DNA from: an uncultured delta proteobacterium
GTDB taxonomy: Bacteria; Myxococcota; Kuafuiibacteriia; Kuafuiibacteriales; Kuafuiibacteriaceae
Direction: 5' to 3'
Length of the DNA stretch: 64,000 nucleotides
Assembly (NCBI GenBank): GCA_963803435.1
Contig: CAWDML010000006.1
Coordinates: 228,044 to 292,043 of the forward strand
Shown: positions 40,837 to 48,669 of the stretch, one piece after another
Layout of the letters: the number at the start of each line of letters is the position of its first letter
How positions within the stretch are numbered: the stretch's first letter is position 1
Notes under the pieces: model-generated
The model's database searches: none
What the model saw: only the letters and a program-made list of their open reading frames with translations
What the model was told of the DNA's origin: nothing
Made by a program: the position numbers and the translations under genes

Positions 40837-42978
40837 TTAGGAGAGGCTGACGCGCCCGAGCGGCTGGACCGTCAGCTGCGGGGGAAGCTCGGAGAACGAC
40901 AGCACCGCAACGTCGGGGAGCTCCTCCTCCAACAGCTTGCGCAGGTACCGGCGGATCTCCGTATGCGTGAGGATGATCGGCCGGACCCCGGCCTGGACCA
41001 CCGGCTGGAGGGTCCGAGCCACCGCCCGGATCAGCCCGCGCCTGAGCTCGGGCTCCAGCGCGACGTAGCTCCCTCCCGGCACGTGCGTGATCGCCGATCG
41101 CACTGCGTCCTCGAGGACCGGATCCACCAGCACCACCGACAACCGCCCGCTCATCCCGGCGAAGGCATGGCCGATCTGCAGCGCCATCGAGGCCCGCACT
41201 GCCTCGGTCAAGAGCACGCCGTCGTTCTGGTGCGTCGCCTGATCCGCCAGACACTCGAGGATGGTCTTGAGATCCCGGATCGAGATCCCCTCGTCGGCGA
41301 GCCGGCGAAGCACGTCGGTGAGCTCGCGAATGGACACGACCTTCGGCACGGTCTCCCGCACGAGGGCGGGGTAGACCTTGGCCAGCCGATCGAGCATCTC
41401 CGAGGTCTCCTGGAGCCCGACGAACGCGCGCGCGTGGCGGCGAAGCTGCGAGGCGAGATACAGGGCGATCACGCCGGCGGGCGTCCAGGTGGCGACACCG
41501 GCCGCCTCGAGCGCGGACTGCTTGTCGAGCGGCACCATTCCGACCTCCGTGCCGGCCAGCGGATGGATCGCCGGTACCACGCTCACACCGAATCGCTTCA
41601 GCCGGGCCGGCGTCTCCACGGCCATCGCCCGATCAATCGCGATCGTCTCCTCGAGGACCGGCACATCCTTGATCCGGACCACGCAGGTTCCGGGCGCGAG
41701 ACCGGGCACGTTCGAACGAACCCGCACGCCCGGAAAACGAACACCGGTCTCGAGGTACATCGCGTCGCGCAGCTGCGGGATCAGGACGCCGAGCAGCTCG
41801 GTGTCCCCATCGGCCACGCCCGAGCCGAACCCGAGGGCCTTGGAGAGCGTTTGGTCGAGATCGATCCCGATGGGAGGGACGGCCGGCGCCACGCTGTCGG
41901 CCGCCGCGCGCTGCGCCTTGGCCTGCCGGAGCTTGTGATCGAGCGACTGTTGAAACGCACCCTTGCCCTCCGCGCCGGCGGCGCGCTTCGACGCGCGGCT
42001 TCGGATCCGCTGGGCGCCGAACGCGAGAACGCTCGCGATCACCGCGAACGGTGCGAACGGCAGCCCTGGGATGGCGCCGAGCGCCAGGGCGAAGCCCGCC
42101 CCGACCAGCAGCACCTTGGGACGCGCGAGCAGCTCATCCCGAAGGTTGGCGGCCAGATCGTTCTGCGCGCTCCGGCCGTCGACCCGGGTGGTCAGGATCC
42201 CCGCGGCCAGCGTGATCAGCAACGCCGGGATCTGCGAGACCAGGCCGTCGCCCACGGTCAGGATCGAATAGATGTCGAGGGAGCCGCGAAGCTCCAGGTG
42301 GTCGCGGGTCACGCCGAGGACCATTCCGGCGACGAGGTTGAGCGCAGTGATCACGAGACCTGCGATCGCGTCGCCCTTCACGAACTTCATGGCGCCGTCC
42401 ATCGCGCCGTAGAACTGCGCCTCACGCCCGAGCTCGACGCGCCGGGCCTGTGCGTCCTCATCCGTCAGGGCGCCCGAGCGCAGCGCTGCGTCGATCGACA
42501 TCTGCTTGCCCGGCATCGCGTCCAGGGTGAACCGCGCGCCCACCTCCGCGACGCGCTCCGCGCCTTTCCCGATCACGAGGAGCTGGACCAGCGTGATGAC
42601 CAGGAAGATCACCAGGCCGACCACCAGATCCCCGCGGACGACGAACTCACCGAACGCCTTCACCACCGTCCCGGCGTCACCCTTCGACAGGATCATGCGG
42701 GTGGTCGAAACGTTGAGCGCCAGGCGGAAGAGCGTGGTCATCAGGAGGAGCGAGGGAAACGTCGACATTGCGAGCGGTCGTTCCGACATCAGCGTCGCCA
42801 CCAGGACGAGCGCGGCCACGGCCAGGTTGGTCGCGAGCAGGACGTCGAGCACGACCGACGGCAGCGGGAGGATCATCATCCCGACCACGGCCGCGACCAC
42901 GATCGCCAGCACGACGTCGGGATTGCGCGCGAGACCGTCCAGCGGAACGGCATCCAGGGAGCGACGAAGCGATGTCAC
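40837..42978 (-). CDS. sctV: Type III export gate, FHIPEP family (SctV/FlhA homologue)
   Basis: FPSLLLMTTLFRLALNVSTTR, KGAERVAEVGARFTLDAMPGKQMSIDA, FYGAMDGAMKFVKGDAIAG, GDGLVSQIPALL, EGISIRDLKTILE, VLSFSEL; no flagellar neighbours in the window. Confidence 0.92.
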   Translation of the reverse strand: MTSLRRSLDAVPLDGLARNPDVVLAIVVAAVVGMMILPLPSVVLDVLLATNLAVAALVLVATLMSERPLAMSTFPSLLLMTTLFRLALNVSTTRMILSKGDAGTVVKAFGEFVVRGDLVVGLVIFLVITLVQLLVIGKGAERVAEVGARFTLDAMPGKQMSIDAALRSGALTDEDAQARRVELGREAQFYGAMDGAMKFVKGDAIAGLVITALNLVAGMVLGVTRDHLELRGSLDIYSILTVGDGLVSQIPALLITLAAGILTTRVDGRSAQNDLAANLRDELLARPKVLLVGAGFALALGAIPGLPFAPFAVIASVLAFGAQRIRSRASKRAAGAEGKGAFQQSLDHKLRQAKAQRAAADSVAPAVPPIGIDLDQTLSKALGFGSGVADGDTELLGVLIPQLRDAMYLETGVRFPGVRVRSNVPGLAPGTCVVRIKDVPVLEETIAIDRAMAVETPARLKRFGVSVVPAIHPLAGTEVGMVPLDKQSALEAAGVATWTPAGVIALYLASQLRRHARAFVGLQETSEMLDRLAKVYPALVRETVPKVVSIRELTDVLRRLADEGISIRDLKTILECLADQATHQNDGVLLTEAVRASMALQIGHAFAGMSGRLSVVLVDPVLEDAVRSAITHVPGGSYVALEPELRRGLIRAVARTLQPVVQAGVRPIILTHTEIRRYLRKLLEEELPDVAVLSFSELPPQLTVQPLGRVSLS

Positions 42979-43583
42979 GGCTCACCCCCGATCAGCGAGA
43001 GCAGCGCCCTCGCCTTGTTCTCCAGCGCCGACTCCCTTCGAACCTCGGCCTTCTTCGCCGCGCTCCGGATCAACCGCACCGCCTCCCTTCGCCGGCCCGA
43101 CTCGATGAGGAGCTCGGCCAGGTTGAGGTCGGCGCGCGGATCTCCGGGATCGAGCGTCTGTGACCGGCGATAGCAGGCCATCGCCGCCTCCTTGTCCCCC
43201 AGCCGATCCTTGGCCAGCCCCAGCGCCAGCACGAAGTACGCCTCGTCCGGCTCGAGCGCCTCCAGGCCCTCGAAGATCACCGCCGCCAGACGATAGCCGC
43301 CGCTCTCGAGATAGTGGCGCCCGATCTCCGCGACCGCGAACAGGTCGGCCCGCGCATAGCCGTACGCCTCCGCCACGGAGCGGCAGACGATGGCCCGCGA
43401 GGCCTCCTCCGCGGGCAGGGCGCGCACCTTGCCGAGCGTGTCGAACATCGCGGTGCCGTCGATGCGCTCGAACTCGAGCGCCACCGGAGCAGCGATCAGC
43501 GCGACGGCGCGGGGCGCGCGAGCCGGAGGCGCACGCTGGGGTTGGGGCTTGGGCGGGGGACGGCGGGCGGCGGATGGACGCAT
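42975..43583 (-). CDS. TPR protein resembling class II T3SS translocator chaperones (SycD/LcrH-like)
   Basis: LFAVAEIGRHYLESGGYRLAAVIFEGLEALEPDEAYFVLALG...CYRRSQTLDPGDPRADLNLAE; translationally coupled to sctV. Confidence 0.7.
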   Translation of the reverse strand: MRPSAARRPPPKPQPQRAPPARAPRAVALIAAPVALEFERIDGTAMFDTLGKVRALPAEEASRAIVCRSVAEAYGYARADLFAVAEIGRHYLESGGYRLAAVIFEGLEALEPDEAYFVLALGLAKDRLGDKEAAMACYRRSQTLDPGDPRADLNLAELLIESGRRREAVRLIRSAAKKAEVRRESALENKARALLSLIGGEP

Positions 43584-43601
43584 GGTGATCTCCTGGATGG
43601 G

Positions 43602-44036
43602 TCAGTCGAGCGGCTGCCGGGCGGCGTCGATGTCCGCCTGGATCGCCTCGTAGGCGTCGAGGAACGCGGCCAGACGGAAGATCCGCTCAGCCTTCTCCGC
43701 GTCGACGGAGACCGGCTGGGCGGCCTTCGCGCGGATGTTGCGAACGGAGGCTTTGAGCTGGCCGACGGTCTTTGGCTTCAGCGGCGCGCGAGGGAGGCGC
43801 AGATCGTCGGCCGCCGCCGGTCGGCTCATCCGACCGGCGAGTGGCGAGCTGATCTCCAGATCCTCTGGCCGCACGATGTCGACGTCGGCCAGCGCGAGCG
43901 CCTCCCGGATCTCGTACGCCTCGGGCTGCTGCCCTGTGAGGGCTCTTGAGAGTCCCGCCTCGAGTCGCTGCATGCCGGGGAGCGATCCAATCCATGGACC
44001 ACGTTCGGTGCCCTGAAATCGCGGGCCTTTCGGCAT
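43602..44036 (-). CDS. Hypothetical T3SS-cluster protein
   Basis: C-terminal part of ORF 43602..44948 from ATG 44036; amphipathic C-terminal helix RIFRLAAFLDAYEAIQADI. Confidence 0.6.
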   Translation of the reverse strand: MPKGPRFQGTERGPWIGSLPGMQRLEAGLSRALTGQQPEAYEIREALALADVDIVRPEDLEISSPLAGRMSRPAAADDLRLPRAPLKPKTVGQLKASVRNIRAKAAQPVSVDAEKAERIFRLAAFLDAYEAIQADIDAARQPLD

Positions 44037-44143
44037 TCGTCCGTCCGGATCCGTCCGGATGTCCGGACCGGGCCGGACGGAAGGCAACCGAGCTTTGAGG
44101 GATCGTGGCAAAGACCCGAGTCGGGCCAGGAGGGACGGCGCGG

Positions 44144-44590
44144 TCACGCGAGGCGGCTGAGGTCGGCGCGCCTCTCCAGCACGTCGACGCCGGCCTGGTA
44201 CGTCTGCTTGGCCTCCTCTGCCCGCGCGTCGGCGGTCTCCTTCTGAGTCTCCATCTCGTGCTGGAACGCCGCGGCGTCGCGCTCGATCAGTCCGGCGTTG
44301 CGCTGGAGATTGGCGACCTTCCTGCCGTCGGTCTCGTCGATGACGATACTGGCCACGCTCGAGGCGACGGTGCCGATCGGTCCGAAGGGCGCCGAGATAC
44401 CGGACGCCAGGGCCTTGGACGTGTTGACGTGGATCTGGAGATTGTTGGCCTCGAACTCGGTGTCGGCCTTCTTCTCGAGCTCGTCGAGGTGCTGGTCGCG
44501 GAGCGCCTCCCGCTCCTCCCGGGCGGCCGCCCGCTCCTTCGAGGCGGTCTGAAGCTGTTGGATGACGATCGTTTGAATGGAGATTCCCAT
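44144..44590 (-). CDS. Coiled-coil protein with central small-residue hydrophobic hairpin (translocator-like)
   Basis: MGISIQT...; ALASGISAPFGPIGTVASSVASIVI flanked by charged helices; follows a sigma54 motif. Confidence 0.65.
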   Translation of the reverse strand: MGISIQTIVIQQLQTASKERAAAREEREALRDQHLDELEKKADTEFEANNLQIHVNTSKALASGISAPFGPIGTVASSVASIVIDETDGRKVANLQRNAGLIERDAAAFQHEMETQKETADARAEEAKQTYQAGVDVLERRADLSRLA

Positions 44591-44602
44591 GCGCGCGCTC
44601 CG

Positions 44603-44618
44603 TGCACCGGTCGTGCCG
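44603..44618 (-). promoter_or_regulatory. sigma54 promoter motif, leftward operon
   Basis: Minus strand CGGCACGACCGGTGCA (GG-N10-GC); the C is 14 nt from ATG 44590. Confidence 0.6.
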
Positions 44619-44643
44619 CGACCGAAGGGACGCCTCGGGGAGA

Positions 44644-44694
44644 TTCGTTCGGCTTTGTCCGTCGTTTGTCCGGCGAGCTTCGGATGAATCCGAA
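44644..44694. promoter_or_regulatory. Candidate activator sites between the divergent promoters
   Basis: TTTGTCCG at 44654 and 44665 (11 bp period); palindrome TTCGGAT-GA-ATCCGAA at 44679-44694. Confidence 0.4.
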
Positions 44695-44724
44695 CGATCG
44701 CACGTCCTCGGAGCGCGACGCGTT

Positions 44725-44740
44725 TGGCCCGCCGTCTGCA
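44725..44740 (+). promoter_or_regulatory. sigma54 promoter motif, rightward operon
   Basis: TGGCCCGCCGTCTGCA (GG-N10-GC); the C is 14 nt from ATG 44753. Confidence 0.6.
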
Positions 44741-44752
44741 TCCGGCGGTCGC

Positions 44753-45181
44753 ATGCAGATCGTAGACAGCCTCGAGGCCAACGCGGCCCAGGCGCTGGAG
44801 CAGATGGTTCGTTTGGCGGTCGAAGAGGACCGTGGGCTCGCCTATCGAGAGGGTCTTGCGACGCTCGATGAGGAGATCGAGGGTGCGTTCTCCGACGGCG
44901 TCCTGGACGACGGCGAGCGATCCAAGCTCGCGGCGACGTTCGCCGCAAAGGGCCTGGACACGAACGCGATCGATCGCGCGCTGGGTTCGGACGATCCGAA
45001 GACCGTGCTGTCCGACGCCGTCCAGGAGGCGCGCGCCCGCTCCGAGAGCGACGCGGCCGAGCGCGCGTATCTCTTGAACGGGCTCGAAGAGACCTACTCG
45101 AGCAACCTGAAGGCGGCCTCGGAGGCGAGCAACGCCGAGCACCGAACCTACATGACGATCATCGGAAACATGAAAGCGTAA
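44753..45181 (+). CDS. Helical protein with needle/filament-subunit-like C-terminus
   Basis: Ends TYSSNLKAASEASNAEHRTYMTIIGNMKA, recalling the C-termini of T3SS axial subunits. Confidence 0.6.
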   Translation: MQIVDSLEANAAQALEQMVRLAVEEDRGLAYREGLATLDEEIEGAFSDGVLDDGERSKLAATFAAKGLDTNAIDRALGSDDPKTVLSDAVQEARARSESDAAERAYLLNGLEETYSSNLKAASEASNAEHRTYMTIIGNMKA

Positions 45182-45205
45182 CCAAGCAAAGAGGAGCGAT
45201 CGAAG

Positions 45206-45958
45206 ATGACCAACCCACGACCCACTACCCTTCCCGAGAACGGCCCCGGATCCCTGCAGTACCAGGCCGATCACACTCCCGTCACGCGGCCTGCCAGCAG
45301 CACCGGGACCACCGCGGGCGCCGGTCTCTCGCGGACCCCCATCGGCCCGTCCAACCCGACGACGGGTCCGGCCGCGGATATCCAGGTCAACGCGAGAGAG
45401 ACCGAGGTTCAGCTCCGCTTCCGGCAGGAACCCGCAGAGCCCGAGGGCCCGGTCGGCGTTCCGGGAAACTTCATGACCTACCTCGCAGAGGTCCTCCATC
45501 GCCTGTCTCGAGAGCGCGCCGGGCGGCTGGAGGAGCTCGCGAAGGACCAGGAGGCGATCGGCACGAAGCGCCGGGCGCTCTCGGACATGCTCAAGCGGTT
45601 CAACGAGGACGCCGCGGGCGGCCTCTCGACCCAGGACATCGAACGCTACCAGACGGAAGCCGGGGAACGGGGCGTCGACCAGAGCGTGTTCACCGCGCTC
45701 TCCACCGAGCTCTCGCAGGAACCGACGAAAACGCTCCAGTTCACCTCGACCGATCCGAACAAGGAGGCTGCCCTCCAGAAGCTCCTCACCAATGTCAAAG
45801 AGGCGATTGATAATGCCCGGGACAACCTCGGCGAGGAGCAGGAGGAGCTCTCCTTCACCATGCGGAAGGAGTTCAACCAGTACGGGACTTCGCTCGAGCA
45901 GGCGAACCAGGTCCAGCAGATCGAGAAGGATCTGTCCGACCGAATCTCGATCGCGTGA
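45206..45958 (+). CDS. Putative T3SS tip/filament-like protein
   Basis: GAGGAG RBS; disordered Pro/Thr/Ser N-terminus; C-terminal helix pair VKEAIDNARDNLGEEQEELSFTMRKEFNQYGTSLEQANQV. Confidence 0.6.
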   Translation: MTNPRPTTLPENGPGSLQYQADHTPVTRPASSTGTTAGAGLSRTPIGPSNPTTGPAADIQVNARETEVQLRFRQEPAEPEGPVGVPGNFMTYLAEVLHRLSRERAGRLEELAKDQEAIGTKRRALSDMLKRFNEDAAGGLSTQDIERYQTEAGERGVDQSVFTALSTELSQEPTKTLQFTSTDPNKEAALQKLLTNVKEAIDNARDNLGEEQEELSFTMRKEFNQYGTSLEQANQVQQIEKDLSDRISIA

Positions 45959-45968
45959 GGTGAGAGAA

Positions 45969-46406
45969 ATGGGATCCATGGCGACCATTCGTAATCAGCT
46001 GGGCCTCTCGGCGTTCAAGGACCTCCAGGCGGACAGCTCGCTGGCGGCCTCGGAGATCGAGACCAACAAGGAATCACGGGAGAGCCTGAGAAAGCGCATC
46101 GACGGGGCCGAGGACCACGAGGACGCTATCTCCTCGGAGCTCCTGGCGAAGTCGAACGAAGGCACGTGGACGCGGTTCTGGCACTCGGTGAACCCGTTCC
46201 ATCACGACAACACGGACGAGCTGCTCGGCGAGTCGAAGGTCGTGCACGCCGGCATCGAGCACGACGAGACCAAGCTGTCGGTCCTCGGCGAGGCGCAGAA
46301 GGAGCAGTTCGACGCGGTGGTGGACAGCCAGGACAAGCTGCGGAAGCAGCTGGACGCGCTGCAGGAGATCGACCGTCATCTCGAGCGCGCTCAGAAGCTG
46401 GTGTGA
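45969..46406 (+). CDS. Coiled-coil hypothetical protein (T3SS cluster)
   Basis: RBS GAGGTGAG; two coiled coils around the amphipathic WTRFWHSVNPF. Confidence 0.6.
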   Translation: MGSMATIRNQLGLSAFKDLQADSSLAASEIETNKESRESLRKRIDGAEDHEDAISSELLAKSNEGTWTRFWHSVNPFHHDNTDELLGESKVVHAGIEHDETKLSVLGEAQKEQFDAVVDSQDKLRKQLDALQEIDRHLERAQKLV

Positions 46407-46413
46407 GGACGTC

Positions 46414-47472
46414 ATGGCGAGCATCCACGACGGCGGGCCCTCGAGAGGCCGTACCCTCGACGACATCCTGCTTCGCGTGAAGCAGGGGGCCGACGAGGAG
46501 CAGGCGGAGGCGAAGAAGCGGCGCCACGAGACCCGGAGCACCCGGCTCGAGGCCAACGAGCGGCGCTACGAGAAGCGGCTGGAGTCCGCCGGTGCCGAGG
46601 GCAAGGCGATCGGTGAGGAGCAGACGGTCGAGACCGACTCGACGCTGATCGGCTGGGGGATCGGCACCGGAGGAGGAACCGGCTTCCTGGTGGGCGGTCC
46701 GCTGGCGCTCCTCGGAGGCCTGATCCCCGCCCACAAGTGGCGCGGGATGGGTGAGGTCGCCAAGCGCGGCTTCTCGGAGGGGGCGCGCAAGGCCGCGCTC
46801 GACGAGAGCCACCACGGGGACCTCGTCGGCGCCGAGGTCGACCTCGCGGAGGCGATGGAGAAGACGGCGTCCAACCAGGTGGCGCGGGCTCGGTTCGCCA
46901 AGGACCTGGCGGGATCGTTCGAGTCCGAGCTCCGGGCCGGCCGCAATCGCGCCGTCGACGCCGAGAACGCGTCGCTGGGGACGACGAGGGGGACCGCAGC
47001 CTACGCCGCCAACCTCACGAGCGCACGGGCCTCGCTCGAGATGGTCGACGACGCCCTGCGGGAGGGCCGTGCCTCCCGCGACGATGCCCACGACCGGAAG
47101 ATCGCGCAGCTCCAGCAGGCGCACGCGGCGGAGCGCCTCCGGGCCCACGCCGGGGCGAGCCGAGCGCTCAAGGACGGCGCCAAGATGTTCGTCTCGGACA
47201 TCGGCCTCGCGTTGGCGTGGTGCACGTACGGCATCAGCGCGGCGGTCGCCGCCATCGCCAACGGCATCACCGACATCGCCGTCGAGGAGTCTTTGAAGGG
47301 CGCCGAGCGAGACGCGGCGCAGGCGGAGAAGAGCTCCGCCGCGCTCCGCAGGACGGAGCTGCTGCTCGAGGACCAGGCCGACGGCGCGGAAGAACGGTTG
47401 GAGGAGGAGATGCAGCGTCTCGACGAGATCGCTGCTCATCAGACGAGCATCCTGAAGAAGATGGATGCTTGA
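46414..47472 (+). CDS. Translocator-like protein with two hydrophobic segments
   Basis: LIGWGIGTGGGTGFLVGGPLALLGGLIPA and IGLALAWCTYGISAAVAAIANGI, each flanked by coiled coils; no Sec signal. Confidence 0.65.
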   Translation: MASIHDGGPSRGRTLDDILLRVKQGADEEQAEAKKRRHETRSTRLEANERRYEKRLESAGAEGKAIGEEQTVETDSTLIGWGIGTGGGTGFLVGGPLALLGGLIPAHKWRGMGEVAKRGFSEGARKAALDESHHGDLVGAEVDLAEAMEKTASNQVARARFAKDLAGSFESELRAGRNRAVDAENASLGTTRGTAAYAANLTSARASLEMVDDALREGRASRDDAHDRKIAQLQQAHAAERLRAHAGASRALKDGAKMFVSDIGLALAWCTYGISAAVAAIANGITDIAVEESLKGAERDAAQAEKSSAALRRTELLLEDQADGAEERLEEEMQRLDEIAAHQTSILKKMDA

Positions 47473-47482
47473 GGAGGGGACG

Positions 47483-48220
47483 ATGGTCAGCGGCGAATAC
47501 TGGTACGTGATGAGTCAACAGCACGCGGAGGCCCGCCAGCGAGAGCGGGATGCGGTCGCGAGCCTGGAAGGCGCCAAGGCGTCCGTCAGCACGACGCTGG
47601 AGGCAAAGGCCGAGACGGGCAAGAAGGCGAAGGATCAGCAGATCGACGCCAGCTTCTCCCAGACCCGCGCGCAGCTCGTCGCGACGATCGTCTCCATGTG
47701 CGGAGGCGGCGGAGGCGGACGAGGAGGCGGAGGAGGCGGCGCGGCCGGAGCCGGCGCGGCCGGAGCCGGCGCGGGCGGGAGCGGCGCGTTGAGCCCTCCG
47801 CCCGGCACGACCGGGAACGCGCCGAACTCCGCGACCAACTTCATCCTCGCCAACCTCGGCATCGTCGGCGCGCTGATTCGAGGGGACTGGAAGGAGGCCC
47901 TTCTTCAGCAGGTCCCGCTGGTCAATGCGGTCTCGACCGCGTCCCGGGCGGGCGAGTCGAAGGACGGGTCAGGGGTCGCGTCTCCAGCACAGCGCGCCCG
48001 CGACCTGCCCCAGGACGTGCTCTTGGACTTCCCGGCCTCACTGGATCGGGATGGCGCCCAGCAAGCCGAGCGGGAGGAGCGGGCCCTCGAGGAGAGCGCC
48101 GGCGCGGCGGAGGACCGCTGGCGCCGCCGGCTCGCTCGACGCAAGCGGGATCGCGAAGAGGCCCGCGCGACGGAGGACCTCTTGCTTCGTGCGCAGCAGA
48201 ACACCGTCAGCCTTGCGTGA
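47483..48220 (+). CDS. Gly-rich translocator-like protein
   Basis: RBS GAGGAGG; coiled coil, poly-Gly/Ala, FILANLGIVGALI, then coiled coil. Confidence 0.6.
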   Translation: MVSGEYWYVMSQQHAEARQRERDAVASLEGAKASVSTTLEAKAETGKKAKDQQIDASFSQTRAQLVATIVSMCGGGGGGRGGGGGGAAGAGAAGAGAGGSGALSPPPGTTGNAPNSATNFILANLGIVGALIRGDWKEALLQQVPLVNAVSTASRAGESKDGSGVASPAQRARDLPQDVLLDFPASLDRDGAQQAEREERALEESAGAAEDRWRRRLARRKRDREEARATEDLLLRAQQNTVSLA

Positions 48221-48231
48221 GGAGAGGGACG

Positions 48232-48640
48232 ATGATCAACGTCAGCGGCAACGGCACGACCATCGCCACCGGAGCGGGCGACGACCGGTGGAGATCGATC
48301 ATGCGGACGACGGTCGCGTTCAGGTTTGGGTGGACGACGTCGAGGTCTGGGCCGGGACCGACGACCAAGCCGCCCACCTCACGCTCAACACCGGCGACGA
48401 CGAGATCGTGAATCGGGCGTGCTCGACACCGACGCGGAGGACACGGTCTCGTCCGAGGAGCCGCCGGACGATCCGCCCGCCGCCGTCCCGGCCGGGGAGG
48501 CGAGCGCCGACTTCGATCCCCAAGCGGACGCCATCGCGCTTCACGACGCGATGGACGGCCTGGGAACCGACGAGAAGACGCTCATCGAGATCCTGTCGAA
48601 CCGGACGAATGAGGAGATCCGCGCGATCGAGGAGGAGTAG
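48232..48640 (+). pseudogene. Putative effector with partial annexin repeat (frameshifts near 48288 and 48413; truncated)
   Basis: N-part TGAGDD/VEIDHADDGRVQVWVD; C-part FDPQADAIALHDAMDGLGTDEKTLIEILSNRTNEEIRAIEEE* matches the annexin GxGTDE repeat. Confidence 0.7.
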
Positions 48641-48669
48641 GCGCTTGCGGCTCCTGGGCGAGCGAGGCG

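Noticed and set aside
40837-42978. Flagellar flhA call
   Set aside because: No flagellar genes nearby, and the neighbours are a SycD-like chaperone and translocator-like ORFs; phylogeny is still needed.
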